Source of the DNA: a virus | DNA length: 64,000 bases | IMG/VR virus record: IMGVR_UViG_3300045988_073298 | Reading direction: 5' to 3' (one strand) | In this document: piece by piece, positions 9,419 to 19,083 of the stretch | Numbering within the stretch: the stretch's first letter is position 1 | Layout: the number at the start of each line of letters is the position of its first letter | Notes under the pieces: model-generated | The model's database searches: none | Seen by the model: the letters and a program-made list of their open reading frames with translations, nothing else | What the model was told of the DNA's origin: nothing | Made by a program: the position numbers and the translations under genes

Positions 9419-12400
9419 ATGTATGTAAGTAAGTATTATACCTGCGAAGAAATTGATCAGCGGTTGTTACAAGGTTATTATGATGATTTTGTTCGTGCTG
9501 GCTTTGGAGGAACTATTAATGAGTTCTGGGCTTTCGTACTTTCTATCAGGAATAAGGTGGATAAGAAAGAAGGCTATGACTTATCTAAAAATGACTTTAC
9601 AGATGAGTTAAAAGCTAAACTAGATGGCATTGAGGAACATGCTAACTATATCACTAAGGTATCTCAGCTTGAGAATGACTTAAAGTACCAAACTGAGGAC
9701 GAAGTTAAAAAGATGATTAGTGATTTAGTTGATGGTGCCGATGATGCTCTTGATACTCTTAAAGAGTTGGCAGAGGCTTTGGGAAATGACCCCAACTTTG
9801 CAACTACAATTACCAATAAGTTAACTGATCTTCGTACTGCTTTAACCGAAGAAGTTAATCGGGCTAAAGAGGCAGAAGCTGCTTTGGGGGCAGCAGTAGC
9901 AGCAGTTCAGGATAACCTTGAATATGGGCTGGACCAAATCAATAAGAAGATTGATACAGTAAAGGCAGACTTAAAAGCCGAGATTGATCGGGTAGAAAAG
10001 AAGGTAGACAAGAATGCAGAAGCTATCAAGGACCTGGAAGATAAGGTAAATGATAAGAATGATGAACTTGAAGATGAACTCAAGGGACTTATTCAACAAG
10101 AGAAAGAAGAACGTATTGCAACAGATAATGAAATTAAGGAAAGTGTAAACGAACTTAAGACTCTTCATATCAATGATAAGGCTGCACTTGAGGCAAAAAT
10201 TGCAGAAGAAACTGCTAATCGTACCAATGCCGATACTATCTTGGATTCTAAGATTAATGAAGAAATCACTAATCGCCAATCCGATACCCAATCACTTCAA
10301 AGTAAGATTGACCAGGAAAAGGTAGATCGTCATTCAGAGGACCAAGTCCTTCATCATGAGATCTCTAAAGAGGTAGCAGACCGTACCAATGCCGATAATC
10401 TTCTTCAAGGTAACATTGATAAAGAAGCACAAGCTCGTATTTCAGCTGACCAGGTGTTACAAAATAACATTGATTCAGAAGCCACTACTAGAGCTGCTCA
10501 GGATTTAGTTCTCGACCATAAAATTGAGGATGTAAAATTACAGGGACAAGCAGATAAAGCTCAGTTACTTGAGGCTATTGCTGCAGAGGCTACTGCTCGT
10601 GAAAATGCTGATATCGACCTTGATAATCAAAAGGTAGATAAACGGGAAGGTTATTCATTAACCAAGAATGACTTCACCGATATACTCAAAGCTAAGTTGG
10701 ATGGTATTGAAGAGAAGGCAAATTACATTACTCACCTTTCCCAGCTCATCAACGATTCTGGTTTCCAAACTGAAGAAGAAGTTGAGGCAGCAATCCAAAA
10801 GATTGTGGGCTCTGCCCCAGAAGTACTTGATACGCTTAAGGAAATTGCCGATGCTTTAGGAAATGACCCCAACTTTGCAGCAACCATTACTAAGAAACTT
10901 GCTGCAATAACCGAACAGGTTAACCAAGAGATTCAGGACCGTATTGCCGGTGATGAAGCCAACAGTGCTGAGGTAGCTGCAGAAACTCAAGCTCGTAAAG
11001 ATGCAGATACCGCTCTTGAAGCTAAGTTGAAAGAATATGTTGATAATATATCCGACGATAATGATACTGCTCTTGGGGTTATAAGAGATAACCTTAACAG
11101 AGAAATTCAGGACAGAAAGGATGCCGATGCTGCAATTCAGTCTAGCTTGGATAAGGAAATTGCCGAAAGAAAGACTGCCGATGAAGCTTATAACACTAGC
11201 TTGGCTAATGTTAATAAACGTATCTCAGATTTGGCTCTGAATATCCAAGAGTCTATTAATACTTTGAGAAATGAACTTACAGAGCAGGTAAATGCTAATA
11301 CTACGGCTATTGCCACTAATCAGCATAACATAGAAAGAAATTCTGAGGCAATTACTAATTTAACCAAGACTGTTAGTGATAACTACAAAGAGGTTAAGGA
11401 TATGATTAACGAGGAAATCGTTGACCGTACCAATGCCGATAGTGCTTTAAGTTCTCGTATTGATAACCTAAATATTGACCTTAATACTGAGAGAGTAGAA
11501 AGAATTGCTGCTGACCAAGTTCTTCAAGTAAACTTGGATAAGGAAGTGGCAGACCGTACTGCAGCAGATAAGGCTTTAAGTACTGAGTTTACTTCTAAAT
11601 TAGACAATGCTAAACAAGCTTTGGAATCTGAGGTAGATAAACTTAATACTAAGGTTGAACAAGAGAAGGCCGATAGAATTGCCGGAGATACTGCCTTGGG
11701 AAATCGTATTGATTCTCTAGAATCGGGTAATACCGATGCTATGAATGACTTAAAAGCAAAGGTAAATGCCAATACCCTTGCTATTAGCACCGAGAAAGAC
11801 CGGGCTATTGCTAAAGAGACTTCACTTGAGGCAAAAATTGATACTAACCTTCAGAACCATAAAGATGATATGGCTGGTATCAATAAGGATATGCTTACCG
11901 AGAAGAATGACCGTTTGGCTGCAGATACTTTACTTCAAACTAATATTGATAAGGAAGCAACTGAAAGAGCTAATCAGGACACACTTATTAATAATGCCCT
12001 TGCTCAAGAGAAGGCCGATAGAATTGCTGCTGACCAGGCAATGGATGATAAAAAAGTAGATAAGGTAGATGGTAAGGTACTTTCCTCTAACGATTTTACC
12101 GATTTATTATATGCTAAACTAGATGGCATTGAGGAACATGCTAACTATATCACTAAGGTATCCGAATTGTTAAATGATTCAGATTTTCAGAATGCAGAAC
12201 AAGTAGAAGCAGCTATTCAAAGTATTATTGGTTCTGCTCCTGAGGTACTTGATACATTGGCCGAAATTGCTAAGGCTCTTGGTGATGACCCAAACTTTGC
12301 AGCAACTATGACTGCTAAGCTCACAGAGATAGAAAATAAACTTGAAGCAGAAAAGAACTTGCGTGAACAAGGCGATAATAACCTGCAGCAATCTTTCACT

Positions 12401-15400
12401 AACTTAAGTAATACACTTACTACTACAGTAAATGAATTAAGAACTTTTGTAAGTGAAACTCGTACCGAGTTATTGACTTCTCTGAATGCTACTAATGCTT
12501 TGGTAACTCAGAATACGGCAAATATCCAACGTAACTTGGAATTAATCCAGGGTATTCAAGATAATATTAATGGTAATTATACTGCCATTACAGACTTATT
12601 GAATAACGAGATAGCAGCTCGTAAAGCCGAGGATATTCGATTAGAAGCAAAGATTGACCAAAATACTTCGGACCTTAATACAGAAAGGGAAGAACGTATT
12701 GCAGCAGATAAGGTTCTTCAGGCTAATATAGATGCAGAAGAAGCAGCTCGTATTGCAGCAGATACCGCTTTGGGTAAACGTATTGACAAAGAGATTCAAG
12801 ATAGAATCGATGCAGATACCGCTTTGGATAATAAGTTTACTAATATTACCAATGATCATGAAGAAAGATTGGTAGCTGAAGAAGCAGTTACAGAATCATT
12901 GCCAGCTACAATTATAACTAGAATAGGTAAACCTTTCAACCAGAGCCGTAATGATGTATCATTTTCATTTAAGAATTCTCAAAAACAGGCCGATAACACT
13001 TATATTCACGAGATAGACAATACATCATTACTTTACTCGGCTACTCAAGAGAAAGCTGGTGTAATGTCTGCCGATGATAAGACTAAGTTGGATGGGCTAG
13101 ATGAAAATTCTATTATTGGGCTTTCTGCTGATTCAGATGCTGAAAAAGTTACTGTAACAGTAACTAAGGATAATGGTCTGAATGCTGATACTACAGAAAC
13201 CTTTGATTTGCCTCAGGTATCTGATACTAAGGCGGGTACGATGACTGCTAAGGATAAGGTAGAGTTAGACAGAATCAATAGTGTTAACTTTAAGATTGGG
13301 CCGATAGAGAGTGAAATGAACTTTATTAGAATCCCCTTTGTCTCAACTAACATTGAGGATGGTACAGAAGAATCGGGAAGACTCCTCATATACTCAGCAA
13401 CCCATGATGGTGCAGGAGTCATGTCTGGGGCAGATAGATCTAAAATGGATTCTATACCAGAGAGTATTATTGCTCAGTTATGGATAGGTTCTGAAGCTAC
13501 TGATGATGAATATTATGATGGGCCTCTCGATTTTGATTCAGCTACTGATGTCCCATTTATTTATACTCCTTGGGAATATAATGGGCTTGAGTATGCTTAT
13601 GAGATAAAAGGTCCTCAAGTACACTATATACCGCATGCTACCCCAGAAAAGGCTGGTGTACAAACTGCAGCTGATAAAAAACTGTTTGATTCACTACCTA
13701 AGAAGTTTGTAAGCTATCATAGGAATACCGTTCCCTATTCAGACCATGTAGATTTTGTATCTATGCCATCAGTTTTTAATAAAGATACCGGGATATACGA
13801 GTTAACAGGTACCGATAATATAACTATATATAAGGCAACCAAAACTGCTGCAGGTGTAATGACTGCAGCTGATAAGGTTAATCTTGATGAGACCTTACCC
13901 AATGCTATTGCTAAAGAGGCAGAGGATAGACAAGAGGCAATTGATACAGCCATTAAAAATCTGGGAGATTCTCAGACTGCTGCTTTAGAAAAAGAGATTC
14001 AAGATAGAAAGGATGCTGATACTGCCCTTGATACTAAACTGCAGAATAATATTGATACTCTAGAAGCTAAGCATGATGCCTTTGTAGCAACTAAGGGACA
14101 ACCAGATGGGTTTGCTCCATTGGATGGTAATGGATTGGTACCGGCTAACCATTTGCCTTCATATGTAGATGATGTTATTGAGGTATATGCTACCTATGAT
14201 ATAAGTCCTACTGGAGGTCTAACGAATGTACAACTGTATACAGATGCTACTCACCAAACTACAGTAACCGGAGAATCGGGTAAAATTTATATAAATGTCT
14301 CAAATGGAGAACCTCCCTATCAATTCCGTTGGTCAGGTACTAAATTCGTAGATAGTAATACTTCTTCCCTTATTATTGGAGAAATTACCGGTACTGCTTT
14401 CGAGGGTAGTAGAGGTAAACATCTTGAGGATGTGGTATCTAGTATGCCTAGAAATTTAATTAGTAATGTTTCAATAGCTAACAGAAACAAGAGGAATATA
14501 ATTATTCAGTGTAATTATTCTTCTTTAGATGACCAGGGTCATTACATAGATCAGCCTGAGGGGATACTTATTCCACTAACCAATGCCACTACTCAAGAAG
14601 CCGGTTTGATGGAGGCAGAAAGTGTAATAAAACTTAATCAAACCCTACCGAAAGCTATAGAAGATGAACAAGAGGCTCGTATTGCAAAAGACCTTAAACA
14701 AGAGGGTATTTTTAAATCCATGCCTAACAACTTGGTATGGGATGTTAAACAGCCAGTAGCTAGTTCTACTAATATGACCTTTGAAATAGGGTATTCAATT
14801 AAAGATCAGGTTGGTGCATTTGAATCAGAATATACCCCAGCTCCAAAGAATATAATAAGAACTATACCTGTAGCAACTAAATCTCTGGCAGGTATAATGA
14901 CTGCACAGGATAAAGTTAATCTTGATGATACGGTACAGGGATTGGCAAATGAGATTACTGATAGAACTAATGCCATCAATTCTCTTCGTACAGAATTGAA
15001 AACTTACGTTGATGATTTGATTGCTGATACTGGTACTGATTTGACTGCCTTAGAAACTAAGGTAAATAATCACATTGCTAATAAATCTAATCCTCATGCA
15101 GTTACTAAAACTCAGGTTGGATTGGGTAATGTTAATAATACTTCCGATGCAGATAAGCCAGTATCTACTGCTCAAGCTACTGCTATTGCTGATGCTAAGG
15201 CTGCAGGTACTGCTGCTCAGACTTCTATCAATAGCCATGCTGGTAGAAGAGATAATCCTCACGTAGTAACTAGAGCTCAATTGAGTTTGGCAACTACCGA
15301 CCAGGTAGTATTTGCTAAGACCACGGCTCCTTCCGGTTTCTTCAAAGAGTCTTCAGATGTTCGACTCAAATCTAATATTAAGGATTTGAATCATACTCTG

Positions 15401-15703
15401 GAACAGATTTGCCAGATACCAACTAAGTCATTCGAAATGCTTGGTAAAGAGGATGAGGGAACTATTGCTCAGAATCTTGAGGGATTGGGATTTGGTAAAT
15501 ATGTAGAGGAAGTTCCAGTAGAGAAATCTACAGTACCTAATCCCGAGGAATTCAAAACTTTGGAAATCAATGGGGAAGAATATGTACTCGTAAAACAAGT
15601 TAAATATCACAAGATGTCAACTTTGGCAATCGAAGGTGTTAAACTTCTCTATGATGAGATTAAGACTTTGAAGGCTGAGATTCAAGAACTTAAAAATAAA
15701 TAA
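9419..15703 (+). CDS. giant fibre protein (2094 aa) with C-terminal intramolecular-chaperone (peptidase S74-like) domain
   Basis: Three copies of an ~85-aa module ('EGY.L.KNDFTD.LKAKLDGIEE.ANYIT...VLDTLKE.A.ALGNDPNFA.T.T.KL'). Long runs of 18-aa repeats of the '..DR.NAD..L...ID' type. Seven 'AG(V/I/L)M(S/T)A.DK.KLD' motifs. 'NPHAVTK.QVGLGNVNNTSDADKPVS' box. C-terminal 'SSDVRLKSNIKD...' auto-cleaving chaperone signature. Confidence 0.9.
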   Translation: MYVSKYYTCEEIDQRLLQGYYDDFVRAGFGGTINEFWAFVLSIRNKVDKKEGYDLSKNDFTDELKAKLDGIEEHANYITKVSQLENDLKYQTEDEVKKMISDLVDGADDALDTLKELAEALGNDPNFATTITNKLTDLRTALTEEVNRAKEAEAALGAAVAAVQDNLEYGLDQINKKIDTVKADLKAEIDRVEKKVDKNAEAIKDLEDKVNDKNDELEDELKGLIQQEKEERIATDNEIKESVNELKTLHINDKAALEAKIAEETANRTNADTILDSKINEEITNRQSDTQSLQSKIDQEKVDRHSEDQVLHHEISKEVADRTNADNLLQGNIDKEAQARISADQVLQNNIDSEATTRAAQDLVLDHKIEDVKLQGQADKAQLLEAIAAEATARENADIDLDNQKVDKREGYSLTKNDFTDILKAKLDGIEEKANYITHLSQLINDSGFQTEEEVEAAIQKIVGSAPEVLDTLKEIADALGNDPNFAATITKKLAAITEQVNQEIQDRIAGDEANSAEVAAETQARKDADTALEAKLKEYVDNISDDNDTALGVIRDNLNREIQDRKDADAAIQSSLDKEIAERKTADEAYNTSLANVNKRISDLALNIQESINTLRNELTEQVNANTTAIATNQHNIERNSEAITNLTKTVSDNYKEVKDMINEEIVDRTNADSALSSRIDNLNIDLNTERVERIAADQVLQVNLDKEVADRTAADKALSTEFTSKLDNAKQALESEVDKLNTKVEQEKADRIAGDTALGNRIDSLESGNTDAMNDLKAKVNANTLAISTEKDRAIAKETSLEAKIDTNLQNHKDDMAGINKDMLTEKNDRLAADTLLQTNIDKEATERANQDTLINNALAQEKADRIAADQAMDDKKVDKVDGKVLSSNDFTDLLYAKLDGIEEHANYITKVSELLNDSDFQNAEQVEAAIQSIIGSAPEVLDTLAEIAKALGDDPNFAATMTAKLTEIENKLEAEKNLREQGDNNLQQSFTNLSNTLTTTVNELRTFVSETRTELLTSLNATNALVTQNTANIQRNLELIQGIQDNINGNYTAITDLLNNEIAARKAEDIRLEAKIDQNTSDLNTEREERIAADKVLQANIDAEEAARIAADTALGKRIDKEIQDRIDADTALDNKFTNITNDHEERLVAEEAVTESLPATIITRIGKPFNQSRNDVSFSFKNSQKQADNTYIHEIDNTSLLYSATQEKAGVMSADDKTKLDGLDENSIIGLSADSDAEKVTVTVTKDNGLNADTTETFDLPQVSDTKAGTMTAKDKVELDRINSVNFKIGPIESEMNFIRIPFVSTNIEDGTEESGRLLIYSATHDGAGVMSGADRSKMDSIPESIIAQLWIGSEATDDEYYDGPLDFDSATDVPFIYTPWEYNGLEYAYEIKGPQVHYIPHATPEKAGVQTAADKKLFDSLPKKFVSYHRNTVPYSDHVDFVSMPSVFNKDTGIYELTGTDNITIYKATKTAAGVMTAADKVNLDETLPNAIAKEAEDRQEAIDTAIKNLGDSQTAALEKEIQDRKDADTALDTKLQNNIDTLEAKHDAFVATKGQPDGFAPLDGNGLVPANHLPSYVDDVIEVYATYDISPTGGLTNVQLYTDATHQTTVTGESGKIYINVSNGEPPYQFRWSGTKFVDSNTSSLIIGEITGTAFEGSRGKHLEDVVSSMPRNLISNVSIANRNKRNIIIQCNYSSLDDQGHYIDQPEGILIPLTNATTQEAGLMEAESVIKLNQTLPKAIEDEQEARIAKDLKQEGIFKSMPNNLVWDVKQPVASSTNMTFEIGYSIKDQVGAFESEYTPAPKNIIRTIPVATKSLAGIMTAQDKVNLDDTVQGLANEITDRTNAINSLRTELKTYVDDLIADTGTDLTALETKVNNHIANKSNPHAVTKTQVGLGNVNNTSDADKPVSTAQATAIADAKAAGTAAQTSINSHAGRRDNPHVVTRAQLSLATTDQVVFAKTTAPSGFFKESSDVRLKSNIKDLNHTLEQICQIPTKSFEMLGKEDEGTIAQNLEGLGFGKYVEEVPVEKSTVPNPEEFKTLEINGEEYVLVKQVKYHKMSTLAIEGVKLLYDEIKTLKAEIQELKNK
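9614..9663 (+). repeat. 50-nt perfect direct repeat, copy 1 (inside fibre gene)
   Basis: GCTAAACTAGATGGCATTGAGGAACATGCTAACTATATCACTAAGGTATC is identical to 12113-12162. The offset is 2499 nt (833 codons, in frame). Confidence 0.95.
12113..12162 (+). repeat. 50-nt perfect direct repeat, copy 2 (inside fibre gene)
   Basis: Identical to 9614-9663, compared base by base. Confidence 0.95.
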
Positions 15704-15705
15704 TC

Positions 15706-17490
15706 ATGGGAGAGATAGCAACCTGGAGTGCTGTCAAAACTAAAGTAGGCCTTGGTAAGACAGGAAATGACTGCCCTACCAAGGCTGAATTGTTAGCACT
15801 CTCCTCGACAGGAACAGGGGAGAATTATGTGGGGTTGGAACTATCCAATGCCAGTTCCTATGGAAATAACGAATGTGTCAAACTCGAAGATATTCATAAG
15901 GTAACCTATAAGTATACTTTTACAGCTATAAATACTTCCTTTACTTTCACTGCTATAGGGGGGGAATCGACTCCAGCTCGATTAGGCTTAACTTCAACTA
16001 AACAAAAGTATTTAGATGGAGTAGTTCATGGTTCTTCTATAGCAGTAGGTCATACCGGAACCCCTTTACCCGACTGGTTAAAAGGTTCTACTGATACGAT
16101 TGGATTTACCGCTACAGAAAATTTAACCCTATCACCAAGAACTCATACTAGAACCTATACCCAGGACGAAACCGGTAAAACGGTCTCGGTTACTTTCACT
16201 CAAGCAGCAGCTTCTCAGTCTTGGAGTTATGGATTTAGTGTAAACCCAACTTCTATGTCTTTTGGGGCTACTGGAGGTACCAAAACCTTTTCTGTAACTT
16301 CATACAAGCAGGAAATTAGAAATGGACATAATTATGGTAGTCAAATTACTCTAACTTATACTAGAGCGAATACTGGTGTCACTGGTACGGGTACTTCTGT
16401 AACTATGTCCAATAATACCTCTACTTCAACTAAGTCGGGTAGTGTAGTATTAACCCAAGCAGAGACCAGTAAGAAGCTAACCATTTCTTGTTCTCAATCG
16501 GCAGGTTATAGAACTTACAGTGAAATTACTGCAAGTGGTGGAGCAGTAACAGATATACCTGCAAGTGGAGGTACTAGAAGTTCATTCACTACCTTACCTA
16601 CATATTCCCAGACCTGGGGATGGAATGGTTCTACAACGGGAGGAGGTACGATTACAAGTGGTGCTAGTATTAGTTATGGTACTGCAGTTAGTGCAAGTTC
16701 TTTGGGAACTACAGTAAAATCTAGAACCCAAGTGGGCACACTTACTGGAACTCTATCATTAAATGGTAAAACTAAATCGGTAAGCATTCCAGTATATCAA
16801 GGAGCTAACGAATTTACTGGTTACACTTATGGTTCATGGGACGTAACCTTAACTGCTAGTTCTTATACTATTGCTAATACTGGAGGTAGTGTAACTTTGT
16901 ACCCAAGTGCAAGTAGACCAAGGTATGCTAACTATACGTCTGGCTCAAGTGTAAGGGATGGTTCTGATACTGCTTCTCCAACTTTGAGTACTAATGGTAT
17001 TTCTGGTTTTACCCTATCTGGTACTACACTTACGGCTTCTAATAATGCTAGTACAAACTCTAGAACCGTTAGAGTTTTTGCCCATTATGGAGGGGCTTCT
17101 GATTATGTAGATATTACTCAAGGTGCTGCTTCCGTAAGTTATAATTACTACTTTTATTGGAATGGTATGGTTACAAGTGAATCTGTTTACCATGCTGCTG
17201 TTGGAGATACTTTATATCGATATTTCTCATCCTTTAAGACAAAAGTAATCAATGGTTCTGAAACTTCAGATATTTATGATGTGGGTGTAAGCTTATCAGG
17301 TGCTCCATCTTGGTCTTCCGTTTCAGCTAGTAGTGGTAAGGTAACCAGTAAAGCTTCAGAAAACGTTGAAGAATCTTCAAGGTCTGCTACGGTTACAGTT
17401 ACACAGAATGAATCAGGTAAGAAGATTACGCTTGTCATTAATCAAAGTGCTGCAACAATTACCTATGAATATGTATTTAATTTGGGATAG
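15706..17490 (+). CDS. Ser/Thr-rich fibre-associated protein with BACON-like/Ig-like repeats
   Basis: 594 aa starting 2 nt after the fibre stop. At least five modules end in '...(R/K)S.(T/S)V.(V/L)TQ..(S/T)GK..T...(T/S)Q.AA' (e.g. 'RSATVTVTQNESGKKITLVINQSAA', 'GKTVSVTFTQAAAS', 'KSGSVVLTQAETSKKLTISCSQSAG'), as in BACON domains. Confidence 0.6.
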   Translation: MGEIATWSAVKTKVGLGKTGNDCPTKAELLALSSTGTGENYVGLELSNASSYGNNECVKLEDIHKVTYKYTFTAINTSFTFTAIGGESTPARLGLTSTKQKYLDGVVHGSSIAVGHTGTPLPDWLKGSTDTIGFTATENLTLSPRTHTRTYTQDETGKTVSVTFTQAAASQSWSYGFSVNPTSMSFGATGGTKTFSVTSYKQEIRNGHNYGSQITLTYTRANTGVTGTGTSVTMSNNTSTSTKSGSVVLTQAETSKKLTISCSQSAGYRTYSEITASGGAVTDIPASGGTRSSFTTLPTYSQTWGWNGSTTGGGTITSGASISYGTAVSASSLGTTVKSRTQVGTLTGTLSLNGKTKSVSIPVYQGANEFTGYTYGSWDVTLTASSYTIANTGGSVTLYPSASRPRYANYTSGSSVRDGSDTASPTLSTNGISGFTLSGTTLTASNNASTNSRTVRVFAHYGGASDYVDITQGAASVSYNYYFYWNGMVTSESVYHAAVGDTLYRYFSSFKTKVINGSETSDIYDVGVSLSGAPSWSSVSASSGKVTSKASENVEESSRSATVTVTQNESGKKITLVINQSAATITYEYVFNLG

Positions 17491-17510
17491 GCAATATACA
17501 ACACTATCCC
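17484..17510 (+). terminator. weak hairpin overlapping the stop codon of the upstream gene
   Basis: GGGATAG-13 nt-CTATCCC, a 7-bp perfect stem with no clear T-run. Confidence 0.3.
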
Positions 17511-17561
17511 ATATTTAATGTAATAATTAATCTAAGTATTAATCTTTAAAACCTTAAAATT

Positions 17562-18272
17562 ATGGGAGTAGAAGTAAAAGGTGCCGGCGATGGCGTTGTA
17601 ATCGCGGACAGAGGTTGTTGTAATGATGGTTGCTGTAATAAAGACCATTCTGGTTGGGGCTCTGGTTGGGGAGCCGTTGGTGGTGCATTGGTAGGCGGTG
17701 GTTTTGGTGCTGCTGCAGTTTCTGTATGGGACAAAATCAATGATACCAAGGCCGATATCATGGGAGTAAACTCAACTGTAAAAGACTCTCAGTATAACTT
17801 GGGAAGAGACATTGCTTCGGCATCAGGCGAGGTAATCTCTGCAGTTAACGGAGTTGGTGATAAGGTAGACGGTACTGCCCGAGAAGTTTTGAATAACCGT
17901 TTCACTACTGAAAGAGGACTTTGTGATTTGGGTTACAAAACGAATTCGGATATCCGTGATTCCCGTGACCAAATGGGAGCTGGGTTCAACCGGGTTATGG
18001 ACCGCCTTTGCCAAATGGGCTTTGAGCAACAGAATTGTTGCTGTGAAACTAAGGGTTTGATTAAAGAGGTAAAAGCAGACTTGGCTCTTCAGCTTGAACG
18101 TTGCTGCTGTGATCTTAAGAATGGTCAACAAGAGATCAAGTGTCTCATCGAGAACACTGCAAAGGACCAGGAGATTGCCCGTTTGAATCGAGTGGTAGAT
18201 GCCCAGAGAGACCAGAACATTATCAACCAGGTAGTGGCTGCTCTGAGACCGACTACAACTACAACAGCTTAA
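17562..18272 (+). CDS. Cys-cluster / glycine-zipper protein of unknown function
   Basis: 236 aa with 13 Cys, mostly in clusters ('GCCNDGCCN', 'NCCCETK', 'RCCCDLK'). Gly-zipper hydrophobic segment 'GWGSGWGAVGGALVGGGFGAAAVSVW'. Helical Q/D/R-rich C-terminal half and a poly-Thr tail. Flanked by a 71-nt non-coding gap and a strong terminator. Confidence 0.7.
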   Translation: MGVEVKGAGDGVVIADRGCCNDGCCNKDHSGWGSGWGAVGGALVGGGFGAAAVSVWDKINDTKADIMGVNSTVKDSQYNLGRDIASASGEVISAVNGVGDKVDGTAREVLNNRFTTERGLCDLGYKTNSDIRDSRDQMGAGFNRVMDRLCQMGFEQQNCCCETKGLIKEVKADLALQLERCCCDLKNGQQEIKCLIENTAKDQEIARLNRVVDAQRDQNIINQVVAALRPTTTTTA

Positions 18273-18301
18273 CAGTTTGTATTTACGTAAGCCAAATTTA
18301 G

Positions 18302-18338
18302 AAAAGGAGTACATCTATCAGGGGTGTACTCCTTTTTT
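18302..18338 (+). terminator. rho-independent terminator
   Basis: AAAAGGAGTACA-tctatcagggg-TGTACTCCTTTTTT. Perfect stem of 10 bp or more followed by a T-run, 30 nt after the stop. Confidence 0.85.
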
Positions 18339-18365
18339 CGTTTTAATTAGTTAAACTAAGGAATT

Positions 18366-18566
18366 ATGGAACAAGAACAACTCACCGAATTTAAGATACA
18401 GCTAGCATTACCTGCTCCGAATATAGAGATTGCACAAGAAGTAGCAAATAAAGCTCAGGTACTCATTAATCAATTTGGATACTATCAATTCTTAAAACTG
18501 GTAGATTTCATGCAAAAGAATCCAGGTGCAGTTTCATTTGGTTTAAATTTAATAAATAAGAAATGA
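18366..18566 (+). CDS. hypothetical small protein
   Basis: 66 aa, ATGA-coupled to the next gene. Confidence 0.45.
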   Translation: MEQEQLTEFKIQLALPAPNIEIAQEVANKAQVLINQFGYYQFLKLVDFMQKNPGAVSFGLNLINKK

Positions 18567-19078
18567 TTATGGAAGAATTGATTTTTCAGAAAGTACAAAA
18601 GGGTGATACTATTTTCACCTTAGAAAGAGACCGTAGGTCTGGTTATCCCATCTTTGACCAAGCTAATATCTTAAAAGTTGGGGAAAGTAAACCTATGGCG
18701 GCTAATGGTAAAGAGGGTTTTGTTAACAGTATAGAATTAGTGATACAAGATTCAGTATCTCAAGTTACTATCTATTTGCCTACTACTGTAAATGAGGGCA
18801 TTTATAATGGTATATATTATACTACCGATATTGGGAATATTATTAATGAGGTAACTATGCAAAAACAGAATGCCTTGAATATACTCAATAACAGGCCTAA
18901 GTATGAGGCAATAGTTTCAGAATGTGATAATATCCTTGGTTCAATAAACCACATGGCTAATCCAAAAAATATTCCTCCTGCTCCAGCTTTTGAGGAGTTT
19001 AGCCAAAGACTCTCAAATCAAGAACTCCTTTTACAAAGAATAGCTCAGGAATTGGGATTAGATAAACCTAAACAGTAA
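18563..19078 (+). CDS. hypothetical neck/tail-completion region protein
   Basis: 171 aa. Called from position only. Confidence 0.5.
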   Translation: MIMEELIFQKVQKGDTIFTLERDRRSGYPIFDQANILKVGESKPMAANGKEGFVNSIELVIQDSVSQVTIYLPTTVNEGIYNGIYYTTDIGNIINEVTMQKQNALNILNNRPKYEAIVSECDNILGSINHMANPKNIPPAPAFEEFSQRLSNQELLLQRIAQELGLDKPKQ

Positions 19079-19083
19079 GAGTT

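Noticed and set aside
17823-18314. 163-aa minus-strand ORF antisense to the Cys-cluster gene
   Set aside because: Its ATG lies inside the terminator hairpin loop and it would be a lone antisense gene in a + strand operon. The + strand product has coherent features (Gly-zipper, patterned Cys clusters, helical domain). Kept only as the alternative to test.
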